From positions 33,861 to 97,860 of the forward strand of contig CABSMJ010000009.1 in the NCBI GenBank assembly GCA_902478785.1: DNA of 64,000 bases, read 5' to 3'. The stretch is from an uncultured Oscillospiraceae bacterium. Lineage in GTDB: Bacteria > Bacillota > Clostridia > Oscillospirales > Oscillospiraceae. Position 1 is the first letter of the stretch; every line of letters starts with the position of its first letter. Of the stretch, positions 37,180 to 47,211 are shown one piece after another. The notes below the pieces were generated by a model that saw only the letters and a list, made by a program, of their open reading frames with translations, did not search any database and was not told where the DNA came from. The translations under genes were made by a program, and so were the position numbers.

Positions 37180-37868
37180 ACTGCGGCATCATTCAGGATC
37201 TGCTGCCCCTGTACCACGACGGCGTGTGCTCGCCGGAGAGCCGGGCGGCGGTGGAGGCGCATCTGCGGGAGTGTCCGGCCTGCCGAGAGGCCCTGGAGGC
37301 CATGGACGCGCCGCTGCCTCCGGCGGAGGCGGCTGTCCCCGACGACGCGGCGGCAGTGCGGCGGCTGTCCCGGGAGTGGCGGAAGGGCAGAAGGCGGTCT
37401 TTGTGGAAGGGGGCACTCCTGGCTCTGGCGCTGTGCGCGGCGGTAGTGGGCGGCCTCTGGGCATTGAACACCTGGACGGTGCTTCCTGTGGACAGCGGTG
37501 CATATGAGGTGCGGGCCTACCAGCTGGAGGACGGAAGAGTGGGGATCCGCTGGAGCATGGACGAGAGCGGCTGGTATCTGCTGGACTGGCAGGAGGAGGC
37601 CGACGGCGTCCACTGGTACCTGAAGCGCCCTTTGCTGCACATCGCGGCACTGGACTTTGACCACAGGTATGGCCACGGCGGCGATGCGTTGTTCTCCCAG
37701 GAGGACGCCATGGGAACCCAGGCGCTGTACTTCGGCTTGGGGGAGGACGCCCTTTTGCTGTGGCAGGAGGGGGAACAGGTAGACCTGCCTGCCGCTACCC
37801 AGGCGGAAGCCTCATTGTGGGCACCGCTTCAGGAGGTTCCTGCCGGAGAAGAGGATTGTTTTTCGTAA
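37176..37868 (+). CDS. ZAS (zf-HC2) anti-sigma factor with TM and extracellular domain
   Basis: MNC..IQDLLPLY.D...HLRECPAC; hydrophobic TM; ATGA overlap with the sigma gene. Confidence 0.92.
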   Translation: MNCGIIQDLLPLYHDGVCSPESRAAVEAHLRECPACREALEAMDAPLPPAEAAVPDDAAAVRRLSREWRKGRRRSLWKGALLALALCAAVVGGLWALNTWTVLPVDSGAYEVRAYQLEDGRVGIRWSMDESGWYLLDWQEEADGVHWYLKRPLLHIAALDFDHRYGHGGDALFSQEDAMGTQALYFGLGEDALLLWQEGEQVDLPAATQAEASLWAPLQEVPAGEEDCFS

Positions 37869-37940
37869 GGCCCATTTCCTACGCCGAAAAGGAAAGCGTC
37901 CGCCGAAGAAATTCGGCGGACGCTGTTTTTGCTCAATATA

Positions 37941-38438
37941 TTAGAGACTTTCGTTACTATATTCCACAAAACGGAAGGTGAGACCGTTTTCAGTGATGGG
38001 CTCAGACTCCGAGACCAGCTTCCAGTCCGGGGATTTGTCCAGGTTGGGGAAGAAGGTGTCGGCGTCCCCCACCGCTGCGTCCACCCGGGTGACATAGGCC
38101 CGGTGGCACTGTGGCAGGAGGGCGGTGTAGACGCTGCCGCCGCCGATGACCCACACCTTCTCCTGGGGCAGCTGGGAGATGAGGGCGCGGCAGTCCTCTG
38201 GGTCGGAGACCACCTCCACCCCGTCCCGCTGGAAATCGGGATTGCGGGTGATGACGATGTTGCGGCGATTGGGCAGGGGCTTTCCGCCGGGGAAGGAATC
38301 CAGCGTCCGGCGGCCCATCAGAAGTGTGCCTCCCGTAGTTAGGGTGCGGAAATACTTCATATCCGTGGGCAGGGAGAACAGCAGTCCGTTGTCTTTTCCG
38401 ATGGCCCAGTTGCGGTCCACAATGACGATGGCATTCAT
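37941..38438 (-). CDS. folA: Dihydrofolate reductase
   Basis: WAIGKDNGL, DMKYF, MGRRT, PLPNRRNIV, VIGGGSVY, DTFFP. Confidence 0.96.
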   Translation of the reverse strand: MNAIVIVDRNWAIGKDNGLLFSLPTDMKYFRTLTTGGTLLMGRRTLDSFPGGKPLPNRRNIVITRNPDFQRDGVEVVSDPEDCRALISQLPQEKVWVIGGGSVYTALLPQCHRAYVTRVDAAVGDADTFFPNLDKSPDWKLVSESEPITENGLTFRFVEYSNESL

Positions 38439-38538
38439 ACAAAAACCCTCCATGCGCCGCTTGGCGCTCAAATCAAGGATAGGGCCTCCGTCGGGGCGGA
38501 GGCGCCTGGAGCCGTCTGCCGGAGGCCGGCGGCGGATG

Positions 38539-39369
38539 TTATATGGCAATGGGGATGGTGTCGGTAAAGGGGGCGGGGGTATAGCCCTCCAAGGAGAAGC
38601 TTTCCCGGGTAAAGGCATAAAAATCCCTCACCTGGGGATCTATGGTAAACTTGGGCGCCGGAGAGGGCGTCTGGGTCAGCATCTTCTCGATGATGGGGAC
38701 GTGCCGGTCGTAGATGTGGGCGTCGGCGATGACGTGGACCAGCTCTCCGGGGACCAGGCCGCTGACCTGGGCAAACATATGCACTAAAATGGCGTACTGC
38801 ACCACATTCCAGTTGTTGGCGGCCAGCATATCCTGGCTGCGCTGGTTCAAAATGGCGTTGAGGACGTTGCCGGAGACGTTGAAGGTCATGGAGTAGGCGC
38901 AGGGGTACAGGTTCATCTCGTGCAGATCCTGGAAGTTGTAAAGGTTGGTCATGATGCGGCGGGAGGCAGGGTTATGTTTGAGGTCATAGAGTACCCGGTC
39001 CACCTGGTCCATATCCCCCTCGGGGTAGTGGTGCTTCACGCCCAGCTGATAGCCGTAGGCCTTGCCGATGGAGCCGTCCTCGTCGGCCCACTGGTCCCAG
39101 ATATGGGCGTTGAGATCGTGGATGTTGTTGGACTTCTTCTGCCAGATCCACAGCAGTTCATCCACCGCGGTCTTCCAGTAGGTCCGCCGCAGGGTGAGGA
39201 TGGGAAACTCCGCTTGCAGGTCATAGCGGTTGACGATTCCGAATTTCTTGATGGTGTGGGCAGGGGTGCCGTCCTCCCATCTGGGGCGGACCGGCAGATC
39301 GGTGTCCCACACGCCGTGGTCCAGAATATCCCGGCAGTTGCGGATAAAGAGCGCATCGGCGTGGCTCAT
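38539..39369 (-). CDS. thyA: Thymidylate synthase
   Basis: ELLWIW, IWDQWAD, AYGYQ, SRRI, LYPCAY, QRSQD, DAHIY. Confidence 0.96.
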   Translation of the reverse strand: MSHADALFIRNCRDILDHGVWDTDLPVRPRWEDGTPAHTIKKFGIVNRYDLQAEFPILTLRRTYWKTAVDELLWIWQKKSNNIHDLNAHIWDQWADEDGSIGKAYGYQLGVKHHYPEGDMDQVDRVLYDLKHNPASRRIMTNLYNFQDLHEMNLYPCAYSMTFNVSGNVLNAILNQRSQDMLAANNWNVVQYAILVHMFAQVSGLVPGELVHVIADAHIYDRHVPIIEKMLTQTPSPAPKFTIDPQVRDFYAFTRESFSLEGYTPAPFTDTIPIAI

Positions 39370-39586
39370 GGCGGCCTCTCCTTTTCGACATTTTATTGGC
39401 GATTGCTTCACATTTTAGCACGAATGCCCACCCCACGCAAGACCAAACAGGCCTTAACAGCTCCGGCCGATTTCACAAAAACAGCCAAGAAACCAGAGAG
39501 ATTTTAGAGCTTTATTGCCTTGTTATCCATTTGGAATTGCGATATGATTAACTCTACGTAAAGAATCCGCAAAGGAGGACAGACCG

Positions 39587-40435
39587 ATGTTGGACCGCAG
39601 CGAGGTGGGAAGACGGGGTTACCTCCATGAAAATTTTCGCCTGTTCCATCTGAAGGACTCCCGGGCGGAGAAAATGGAGTACCACTATCACGAGTTTGAC
39701 AAGATCATCCTGCTGCTGAGCGGCCGGGTGACCTATGTGGTGGAGGGCGTGAGCTACTTCCTCCGGCCTTGGGACATTCTGCTGGTGCAGCACAACATGA
39801 TCCATGTGCCCCGCATCGACCCCTCGGAGCCCTATGAGCGGATCGTTTTGTGGCTCAACGCCGACTATCTGGAGCGCAGCAGCACCCCGGGGCAGAGCCT
39901 GAGTACCTGCTTTGATGTGGCCCGGCAGCGGGGGTTCCACCTGCTGCGCCAGCCCACGGAGCGGCGGCTGGAGTATATGCGCTTGATCCGCCAGCTGGAG
40001 GAGGCTCTGCGGGATGAACAGTTCGGCCATGAGCTGCTGGCCAACACCACCTTTTTGCAGTTACTCATCGCCATCAACCGGGACATCCTGCAAGACCGCA
40101 CCGCCGAGGACACGGCCACCTACCGCTGTGACCCCAAGATGGAGGAGATTTTGCGCTACATTGCCGCTCATCTGGAGGAGGAGCTGTCAGTGGAGGCTTT
40201 GGCCGGCCGGTTTTACCTCAGCCGGTACTATCTCATGCACCGCTTCAAGGCTATTACCGGTTATACGGTCCACCAGTATATCAGCCAAAAGCGCCTTTTG
40301 CGGGCGGGGGAGCTGATTCGGGCGGGCACACCGGTGATGAAGGCGGCGGAGGCCGTGGGCTTCCGGGAGTACTCCACCTTCCTGCGGGCCTTTCAAAATA
40401 CGTTCCATGTGAGCCCTCGGGAGTTTCACAAGTAA
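39587..40435 (+). CDS. AraC-family transcriptional regulator (cupin plus HTH)
   Basis: HYHEFDKI; LSRYYLMHRFK; GF.EYSTF.RAF. Confidence 0.94.
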   Translation: MLDRSEVGRRGYLHENFRLFHLKDSRAEKMEYHYHEFDKIILLLSGRVTYVVEGVSYFLRPWDILLVQHNMIHVPRIDPSEPYERIVLWLNADYLERSSTPGQSLSTCFDVARQRGFHLLRQPTERRLEYMRLIRQLEEALRDEQFGHELLANTTFLQLLIAINRDILQDRTAEDTATYRCDPKMEEILRYIAAHLEEELSVEALAGRFYLSRYYLMHRFKAITGYTVHQYISQKRLLRAGELIRAGTPVMKAAEAVGFREYSTFLRAFQNTFHVSPREFHK

Positions 40436-40524
40436 ATGGGCAGGGCAGCGCCCAATCTGCAGCGGGGCACCAGATGGTGCTCCGCTTTGCTGCCAATCCA
40501 AAATGAAGCAAGGAGACGGAGGAA

Positions 40525-41874
40525 ATGGAAGAGCGGTTATCGGTCAATTTCTCGCGCAAGGACCTGCGCAAGCTGCTGATCCCCCTGGTGATCGAGCAGC
40601 TTCTGGCCATCACCGTGGGCCTGGCGGATTCGCTGATGGTGGCTCAGGTGGGCGAGGCGGCGGTGTCCGCCGTGTCGCTGGTGGACTCGGTGAACATTCT
40701 GCTCATCAACGTCTTTGCCGCCCTGGGCACCGGCGGTGCCGTGGTGGCGGGTCAGTTCATCGGCCGGCGGGAGATGGAGAAGGCCAACCGCTCGGCCATG
40801 CAGCTGCTGTTGTTCATGCTGGAGGTATCCGTGGGCATCACGATTCTGGTCTACCTCCTCAAGGGCTTCATCCTCAACGTGGTATTCGGAGACATTGAGC
40901 CGGATGTGGCCGCCTACTGCAATACCTATTTTATGATCGTGGAGGGCTCCACGCCCTTCCTGGCCATTTACAGTGCCGGCGCGGCGCTGTTCCGGGTCAT
41001 GGGCAACGCCAGCATCTCCATGAAGGTCTCCCTGGTGATGAACACCGTCAACGTGGTGGGCAACGGCATTCTGGTCTTTGGCCTCCACCGGGGCGTGGAA
41101 GGCGTGGCTATCCCCACCTTTGTCTCCCGTGTGGTGGCGGCGGTGCTGATGGTGGTGCTGCTGCGCAACCCCAAGCTGCCGCTGCATCTGGAGCACTTCC
41201 AGTTCCACCATGAAAAGGTGATGATTAAGAACATCCTCCTCTTCGGTGTGCCCAACGGAGTGGAGAACAGCATGTTCCAGCTGGGAAAGATCCTGCTTTT
41301 GTCGGTGGTCTCCGCCCTGGGCACCGCCTCCGTTGCGGCCAACGCCATCTGCAACACCATCTGCAACTTCCAGATCCTGCCCGGCCAGGCCATCGGCCTG
41401 GGTATGGTGACGGTGGTGGCCCGGTGCGTGGGCGCCGGGGACTATGACCGAGCCCGGTACTACACCAGAAAGCTCATGCGCTATACCTATATTTTTATGT
41501 TTTTGAGCTGCCTGCTGGTCTTGTTCCTGATGCCCTTCATTCTGGACCTGTACAACGCCTCCGATGAGGCCTCGGGTTACGCCATGCGCATCATTCAGAC
41601 CCACACGGTGACGGCCATCCTGATCTGGCCTCTGGCCTTTACGCTGCCCAACGCCCTGCGGGCCGCAGGCGATACCCGCTTCACCATGCTCACCTCCTCG
41701 GTGTCCATGTGGCTGTTCCGGGTGATGCTGGGCGTGGCCATGGTCCGGTGGATGGACCTGGGCGTGGTGGGCATCTGGTATGCCATGTTCGTGGACTGGG
41801 CGGTCCGCATGGTCATCTTCGTGATCCGCTATCGGGGCCACCGGTGGGAGATCTCCCGGCTCCAGGACGAATGA
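40525..41874 (+). CDS. MATE-family efflux transporter
   Basis: PLVIEQ...DSLMV, R.MGN, LRAAGD; 12-TM pattern. Confidence 0.94.
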   Translation: MEERLSVNFSRKDLRKLLIPLVIEQLLAITVGLADSLMVAQVGEAAVSAVSLVDSVNILLINVFAALGTGGAVVAGQFIGRREMEKANRSAMQLLLFMLEVSVGITILVYLLKGFILNVVFGDIEPDVAAYCNTYFMIVEGSTPFLAIYSAGAALFRVMGNASISMKVSLVMNTVNVVGNGILVFGLHRGVEGVAIPTFVSRVVAAVLMVVLLRNPKLPLHLEHFQFHHEKVMIKNILLFGVPNGVENSMFQLGKILLLSVVSALGTASVAANAICNTICNFQILPGQAIGLGMVTVVARCVGAGDYDRARYYTRKLMRYTYIFMFLSCLLVLFLMPFILDLYNASDEASGYAMRIIQTHTVTAILIWPLAFTLPNALRAAGDTRFTMLTSSVSMWLFRVMLGVAMVRWMDLGVVGIWYAMFVDWAVRMVIFVIRYRGHRWEISRLQDE

Positions 41875-41982
41875 GGGAATCGTTTACCTGCCCTTAACCA
41901 ATCTCAAAAGCCGCTCCGCTTGCCAGCGGGGCGGCTTTATGCTATCCTGTTACCGCGCGAATGATACAAAAGGAGGGGCCCT

Positions 41983-42780
41983 ATGAACCTGCGGGAGAAA
42001 AAACTTTTTTTACTGGATATGGATGGGACACTGTATTTGGATGAGACGCTGTTTCCCAGCGTGCCGGAGTTCCTCAGCCACATCCGCGATGCAGGCGGGC
42101 GGTATCTCTTTTTGACCAACAACTCCTCCAGAGGCGCGGCGGATTATGTGGAAAAGCTGCGGCGGCTGGGAATCGCAGCGGGGGAGGAGGACTTCCTCAC
42201 CTCTGTGGATGCCCTGCTCTATGCCCTGAGGCGGGAGAGATTGATGGAGAAGCGGCTGTATGTCTTCGGCACCGCCTCCCTCCGGGCCCATCTTGCCCAG
42301 GCTGGGTGCCGCCTGGCCTCTGGCCGGGAGGACGCCCAGGTGCTGGTGTGCGGCTTTGACACGGAGCTGACCTTTCAAAAGCTGGAGGACGCCTGTATAT
42401 TGCTGGGTCAGGGCGTGCCCTATCTTGCCACCAACCCCGACTGGGTCTGCCCCACCTGGTACGGCTATGTGCCTGACTGTGGCAGCGTATGCGAGATGCT
42501 CTGGCGGGCCACAGGCCGGCGGCCGCTGGTGGCGGGCAAGCCACAGCCGGAGATGGTGCTGCTGGCCATGGAGCGCACGGGCTTTTCCCCCGACGAAACC
42601 CTGGTGGTGGGGGACCGGCTGTATACCGACATCGCCTGCGGCGTGAATGCCGGGGTGGATACGGCCCTGGTCCTCTCCGGAGAGAGCACCCGGGAGACCC
42701 TGGCCGCCTCCGATGTGCAGCCCACCTGGGTGCTCCGGGACGTGGCGGAGCTGCTGGAGCAGATGCAAAGAGAGGAGTAA
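41983..42780 (+). CDS. HAD-superfamily IIA hydrolase (NagD-like)
   Basis: DMDGTLY, LTNNSS, TNPD, GKP, GDRLYTDI, LVLSG. Confidence 0.94.
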   Translation: MNLREKKLFLLDMDGTLYLDETLFPSVPEFLSHIRDAGGRYLFLTNNSSRGAADYVEKLRRLGIAAGEEDFLTSVDALLYALRRERLMEKRLYVFGTASLRAHLAQAGCRLASGREDAQVLVCGFDTELTFQKLEDACILLGQGVPYLATNPDWVCPTWYGYVPDCGSVCEMLWRATGRRPLVAGKPQPEMVLLAMERTGFSPDETLVVGDRLYTDIACGVNAGVDTALVLSGESTRETLAASDVQPTWVLRDVAELLEQMQREE

Positions 42781-42785
42781 GTGTG

Positions 42786-44114
42786 ATGAAACTCAACTAC
42801 CGGCGCACGGTCCTGGTGGGCCTGGCCTTTTTCTCCATCTGCGCCTTCTGGCAGATGTACAACAACGTCATCCCCCTGATCTTGACCAACACCTTCCATG
42901 TCAGCGAGGCCGTCTCCGGCGTCATCATGGCGGCGGACAATGTGCTGGCGCTGTTTTTGCTGCCCCTGTTCGGCGCCGTTTCAGATCGCAGCCACTGCCG
43001 TATGGGCCGCCGGATGCCCTTCATTCTGGCGGGCACCGTGGGAGCAGTGGTGCTGATGCAGCTGCTGCCCCTTTTGGATGACAGCTATGCCGCCGCGCCC
43101 GCGTCCTGGAAAACGGGGGCCTTTGTGGCGGTGCTGGGGGCGCTGCTGGTGGTGATGGGCACCTACCGCAGCCCGGCGGTGGCCCTGATGCCGGACGTGA
43201 CGGTGAAGCCCCTCAGGTCCCGGGGCAACGCGGTCATCAACCTGATGGGCGCCCTGGGCGGCATCTTGTATCTGCTGGTGGCCTCGGTGCTTTACAGCGC
43301 CAAAGCTACCGATGGCCTGGAACACGTCAGCTATGTCCGCCTCTTCACCGTGGTAGGCGTGCTCATGGCGGCAGCGGTGGCGGTGCTGGCCCTGACCATC
43401 CGGGAGCCGGCCCTGGCGGCCCAGGCGGCGGCGTGGGAGAAGGCCCATCCCAGCCAGGAGGAGACCGCAACCACTTCCGGCACTGTGCTGACGCCGCCGG
43501 TGCGCCGGAGCCTGGGCTTTTTGCTCTCCTCCATCGCATTGTGGTACATCGGCTACAACGCCGTGGAGACCTGGTTCACCACCTATGCCAGCCGGGTCTG
43601 GGACATGAGCCTGGGGGACGCGTCGCTGTGCCTTACCGTGGCCACCGGCGGAGCCATCGTGTCCTATCTGCCGGTGGGGGCCCTGGCCTCCCGCATCGGC
43701 CGGAAAAAGACCATCCTGGCAGGCGTGGCCCTGCTGACGGCCTGCTTCTTCACCGGCTTTTTGTTCACGCTGACCTTTGACCGCTTCTCTCCGGTGCTCT
43801 ATGGGCTCTTTGCCCTGGTGGGCCTGGCCTGGGCGGCCATCAACGTCAACTCCCTGCCCATGGTGGTGGAGCTTTGCTCCGGGGCCGACGTGGGCAAATT
43901 CACCGGCTACTACTATACCTTTTCCATGGCAGCCCAGACCATCACGCCTATTCTGGCGGGCTGGCTGCTGAAGTATGTCAGCTATACCACCCTCTTCCCC
44001 TATGCCGCCCTCTTTGCGGGCCTGAGCTTCTTCACCATGCTCCAGGTTCGCCACGGAGACAGCCGGGCCAGCCGTCGGCGGGGCCTGGAGGCCTTTGAGG
44101 AGATGGAGATGTAA
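42786..44114 (+). CDS. MFS transporter (GPH/SLC45-like)
   Basis: GAVSDR...GRRMPFI, ALMPD, SRIGRKK, G.FTGYYY; about 12 TM. Confidence 0.92.
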   Translation: MKLNYRRTVLVGLAFFSICAFWQMYNNVIPLILTNTFHVSEAVSGVIMAADNVLALFLLPLFGAVSDRSHCRMGRRMPFILAGTVGAVVLMQLLPLLDDSYAAAPASWKTGAFVAVLGALLVVMGTYRSPAVALMPDVTVKPLRSRGNAVINLMGALGGILYLLVASVLYSAKATDGLEHVSYVRLFTVVGVLMAAAVAVLALTIREPALAAQAAAWEKAHPSQEETATTSGTVLTPPVRRSLGFLLSSIALWYIGYNAVETWFTTYASRVWDMSLGDASLCLTVATGGAIVSYLPVGALASRIGRKKTILAGVALLTACFFTGFLFTLTFDRFSPVLYGLFALVGLAWAAINVNSLPMVVELCSGADVGKFTGYYYTFSMAAQTITPILAGWLLKYVSYTTLFPYAALFAGLSFFTMLQVRHGDSRASRRRGLEAFEEMEM

Positions 44115-44129
44115 GATAAAGGAGAACGC

Positions 44130-45053
44130 ATGGAGACGATTTTGCAGAATCTGGAAGCTCTGGGTATCCATGGGAGAGCACAGGGGGTCTTGGCTGCCTT
44201 GGTTTTGGGCCTGGGCGCCGCGGCAGCGCTGGCGTGCATCCTGGCCCTGGGGCTGGGACTGTGGTGTCTGCTGCTCTATGGCCACAAGGACCGGGGCCGG
44301 TGGAACACCATGCGCAATTGCCGCTATGCCCACCGGGGCCTTCACGACGACAAACGCCCGGAGAACTCCCTGGCCGCCTTTCAGGCGGCGGCAGAGCGGG
44401 GCCTGGGGGCGGAGCTGGATGTCCATCTGACCAGGGATGGCAAACTGGTGGTGTTCCACGACAGCACGCTGGACCGGGTGTGCGGCCGGAGCGGAAAGGT
44501 GGAGAAGATGACCGCGGCGGAGCTCACGAACTGCCGCCTGGCGGGCACGGAGGAGACCATCCCGCTGCTGGAGGAGGTGCTCCCTCTGTTCGTGGGTCGA
44601 GGGCCGCTGCTGGTGGAGCTCAAGCCCGTGGGCCTCAACCACGCCCGTCTGGCCCGGGAGACCTGCGATCTTCTGGACCGTTTCGGGGTAAACTACTGTA
44701 TGGAGAGCTTCGACCCCCGGGCGCTGGTGTGGCTGCGCCGGAACCGGCCGGAGGTGGTCCGGGGCCAGCTGGTCCAGGACTTTTTCCGCACCCCCTCGGG
44801 CCTTGTCTGGCCGCTGCGGCTGGTGCTGACGGCACTTTTGGAGAACTTCCTGACCTGTCCGGACTTCATCGCCTGCCGGTTCCGGGACCGTCGGGAGCTG
44901 CCCTTCCGGCTGTGCCGGCGGGTGTGGAGGGTGCCGGAATTTTGCTGGACCCTGAGAAGTCCTGAAGAACTCAAGGCTGCGGAGCAGGCGGGGGCCTGCG
45001 GTATTTTTGAGGGCTTTATCCCGGAAAAGACCCAGAGAGGAGAGACGATTTGA
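44130..45053 (+). CDS. Glycerophosphodiester phosphodiesterase with N-terminal TM
   Basis: AHRG, PENSLAAF, ELDVHLTRDG, VVFHD, ELK, ESFDP, WT. Confidence 0.93.
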   Translation: METILQNLEALGIHGRAQGVLAALVLGLGAAAALACILALGLGLWCLLLYGHKDRGRWNTMRNCRYAHRGLHDDKRPENSLAAFQAAAERGLGAELDVHLTRDGKLVVFHDSTLDRVCGRSGKVEKMTAAELTNCRLAGTEETIPLLEEVLPLFVGRGPLLVELKPVGLNHARLARETCDLLDRFGVNYCMESFDPRALVWLRRNRPEVVRGQLVQDFFRTPSGLVWPLRLVLTALLENFLTCPDFIACRFRDRRELPFRLCRRVWRVPEFCWTLRSPEELKAAEQAGACGIFEGFIPEKTQRGETI

Positions 45054-45922
45054 ACAGACGGCAAAGCAAACGCAAGCAGTTCAAGGCGGCCGTGCGCATG
45101 GAGCTGCGGGAGCACAAGAGCTCCTTTTTGATCTTTTGGACCCTCCGCACCCTGGTGCTGGTGATCCTGGTGCGCCAGGCCTTCCTGGGCAACTATGAGA
45201 GCGTGTTCTTCTGCGCCCTGACCCTGGCGCTGCTGTACCTGCCCAGCCTGATCCAGGTGAAGCTGCGCATCGAGCTGCCGCCGGTGCTGGAGAGCATCAT
45301 TTTGTGCTTTATCTTCGCGGCGGAGATCCTGGGCGAGCTGGGAGCCTTCTACGTTCGGGTGCCCCATTGGGACACCATGCTTCACACCGCCAACGGCTTC
45401 CTGGCGGCAGCCATCGGCTTTTCCCTGGCGGTGCTGCTCAACCGCAACGAGCGCATCGTCTTTGACCTCTCGCCCCTCTTTTTGGCCATTGTGGCCTTTT
45501 GCTTTTCCATGACCATCGGGGTGCTCTGGGAGTTTTTCGAGTGCTTCATGGATCTGGTGTTCCACACGGACACCCAAAAGGATACCATCGTCCACGCCAT
45601 CTACTCCGTGGCCCTGGACCCCACCCGCAGCAACACGGTGGTGGGCGTCACCGGCATCACCGACGCGGCGGTCAACGGCCAGTCCCTGGGGCTGGGCGGC
45701 TACCTGGATATCGGACTGCTGGACACCATGAAGGACCTGTTCGTCAATTTCATCGGCGCGGTGGTCTTTTCCGTCATCGGCTTTGTCTTTCTCAAGCGCC
45801 AGGGCAAGGGCGGCGTGGCTGGACAGTTCATCCCTAGGCGCAAGACGGAGGACCGCGACTATCTCAAGGCCGCCCAGCAGGAAGCGCGGAGAAAAGGGGG
45901 CAGCCAGCCGCCAAAGGGGTAA
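45050..45922 (+). CDS. Conserved membrane protein (DUF2238-like)
   Basis: TM helices carrying WDTMLH, WEFFE and DTMKDL motifs; TTG start overlapping the GDPD stop. Confidence 0.7.
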   Translation: MNRRQSKRKQFKAAVRMELREHKSSFLIFWTLRTLVLVILVRQAFLGNYESVFFCALTLALLYLPSLIQVKLRIELPPVLESIILCFIFAAEILGELGAFYVRVPHWDTMLHTANGFLAAAIGFSLAVLLNRNERIVFDLSPLFLAIVAFCFSMTIGVLWEFFECFMDLVFHTDTQKDTIVHAIYSVALDPTRSNTVVGVTGITDAAVNGQSLGLGGYLDIGLLDTMKDLFVNFIGAVVFSVIGFVFLKRQGKGGVAGQFIPRRKTEDRDYLKAAQQEARRKGGSQPPKG

Positions 45923-45999
45923 AAAGCGGCGCCTCTCCCTGTACTTTCCTGGAATAGCTCCCCCGTTCCCTTCAAAGAGTAGAAGGGGGAGGGATCCAC

Positions 46000-46194
46000 A
46001 TGAAGCGAGAAGAAACACCCCGAAATATGCGGAAAAACTGGCTGGGCAAGACCCCGGAGGGGCTGTGCCTGGACCCGGAAAGCCGCATCTGTCCTGCCTT
46101 TGACACGGTGGCAGCGCCACTGTTTCTGGGGGAGGAAACAAGCGGTGCGCCGGCGCCGCTGCTGGACGGCTTTTGCGAAGAGCACATCCAGTAA
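46000..46194 (+). CDS. Small hypothetical protein (64 aa)
   Basis: RBS GGGGAGG, ATG start, followed by terminator GGCGCGGGGACGGA/TCCGTCCCCGCGCC. Confidence 0.5.
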   Translation: MKREETPRNMRKNWLGKTPEGLCLDPESRICPAFDTVAAPLFLGEETSGAPAPLLDGFCEEHIQ

Positions 46195-46332
46195 GGAACC
46201 AGGATCCGGTGCAGCGCAGGGCGCGGGGACGGACTTTCTCCGTCCCCGCGCCGGCTTTTGCAGGGAAGGGACTGGCATTTTGGGAAAAAGCATGGTAAAA
46301 TATATCGTTATTGTATACAGGAGGTAGACCAT

Positions 46333-47211
46333 ATGGCAGAGAAAAAAGTCCGGCGGGGCGACCGGCGGGACGGAGTATGGCTGCGGGATCTGGATCCCCT
46401 CCATGTGTTCACGCCCTACCTGATGCCCAACCGGGCGGATAACGAGGCATTCATTGAAGAGACCATCGATCTGACGGCCATCAATGCCTATTTGGAGAAA
46501 AAGAACCTGGAGGATCCGGAGTTCAAATATACCTTTTTCCACATAATCCTGGCGGCTCTTGTTAAGACCGTCACGTTGCGGCCCCGGATGAACCGCTTTA
46601 TCGCCGGCAACCGGATGTATCAGCGCAATGTGCTCACCGGCGCCTTCGTGATGAAAAAGCAGTTCTCCGACACCGCCAAGGAGTCGCTGCTGTTTATCCA
46701 GTTTGAGGATACGGACACGGTGGACGACGTACATAACCGTATCAAAAAGGAGGTCCTGGCCTACCGCAACGAGGTGGCTGTGGACAACTCCACCGCCTAT
46801 ATGGACATTTTGGGCAAGCTGCCCCGGCCCATTCTGCGCTTTGTGATCCGCATTCTTTTCTGGCTGGATTACCACGGACGGGTGCCGCTGTTTCTGGTGA
46901 AGGACGATCCCAACTACGCCTCTATTTTTGTCTCCAACCTGGGCTCCATCAAGCTCAATGCTGCCTATCACCATCTCAACAACTGGGGCACCAACTCGTT
47001 CTTTGTTACCATCGGGGAAAAGCATCTCCACCCCTATTATGACGAGAAGGGAAATGTGGAGATGCGGGAGGTGCTGAATCTGGGCTTCACCCTGGATGAG
47101 CGCATTGCCGACGGGTATTACTATTCCCGCACCATCCGTCTGTTCAAATATCTTCTCCAGCATCCCCAGCTGCTGGAGAAGCCGGCCAAAGAGGAGGTAG
47201 ACTATGAGTAA
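46333..47211 (+). CDS. Stand-alone 2-oxo-acid dehydrogenase E2-like (CAT-fold) acyltransferase domain
   Basis: RPRMNRFI, VSNLGSI, TLDERIADG; no lipoyl or E3-binding domain; RBS GGAGGT. Confidence 0.8.
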   Translation: MAEKKVRRGDRRDGVWLRDLDPLHVFTPYLMPNRADNEAFIEETIDLTAINAYLEKKNLEDPEFKYTFFHIILAALVKTVTLRPRMNRFIAGNRMYQRNVLTGAFVMKKQFSDTAKESLLFIQFEDTDTVDDVHNRIKKEVLAYRNEVAVDNSTAYMDILGKLPRPILRFVIRILFWLDYHGRVPLFLVKDDPNYASIFVSNLGSIKLNAAYHHLNNWGTNSFFVTIGEKHLHPYYDEKGNVEMREVLNLGFTLDERIADGYYYSRTIRLFKYLLQHPQLLEKPAKEEVDYE

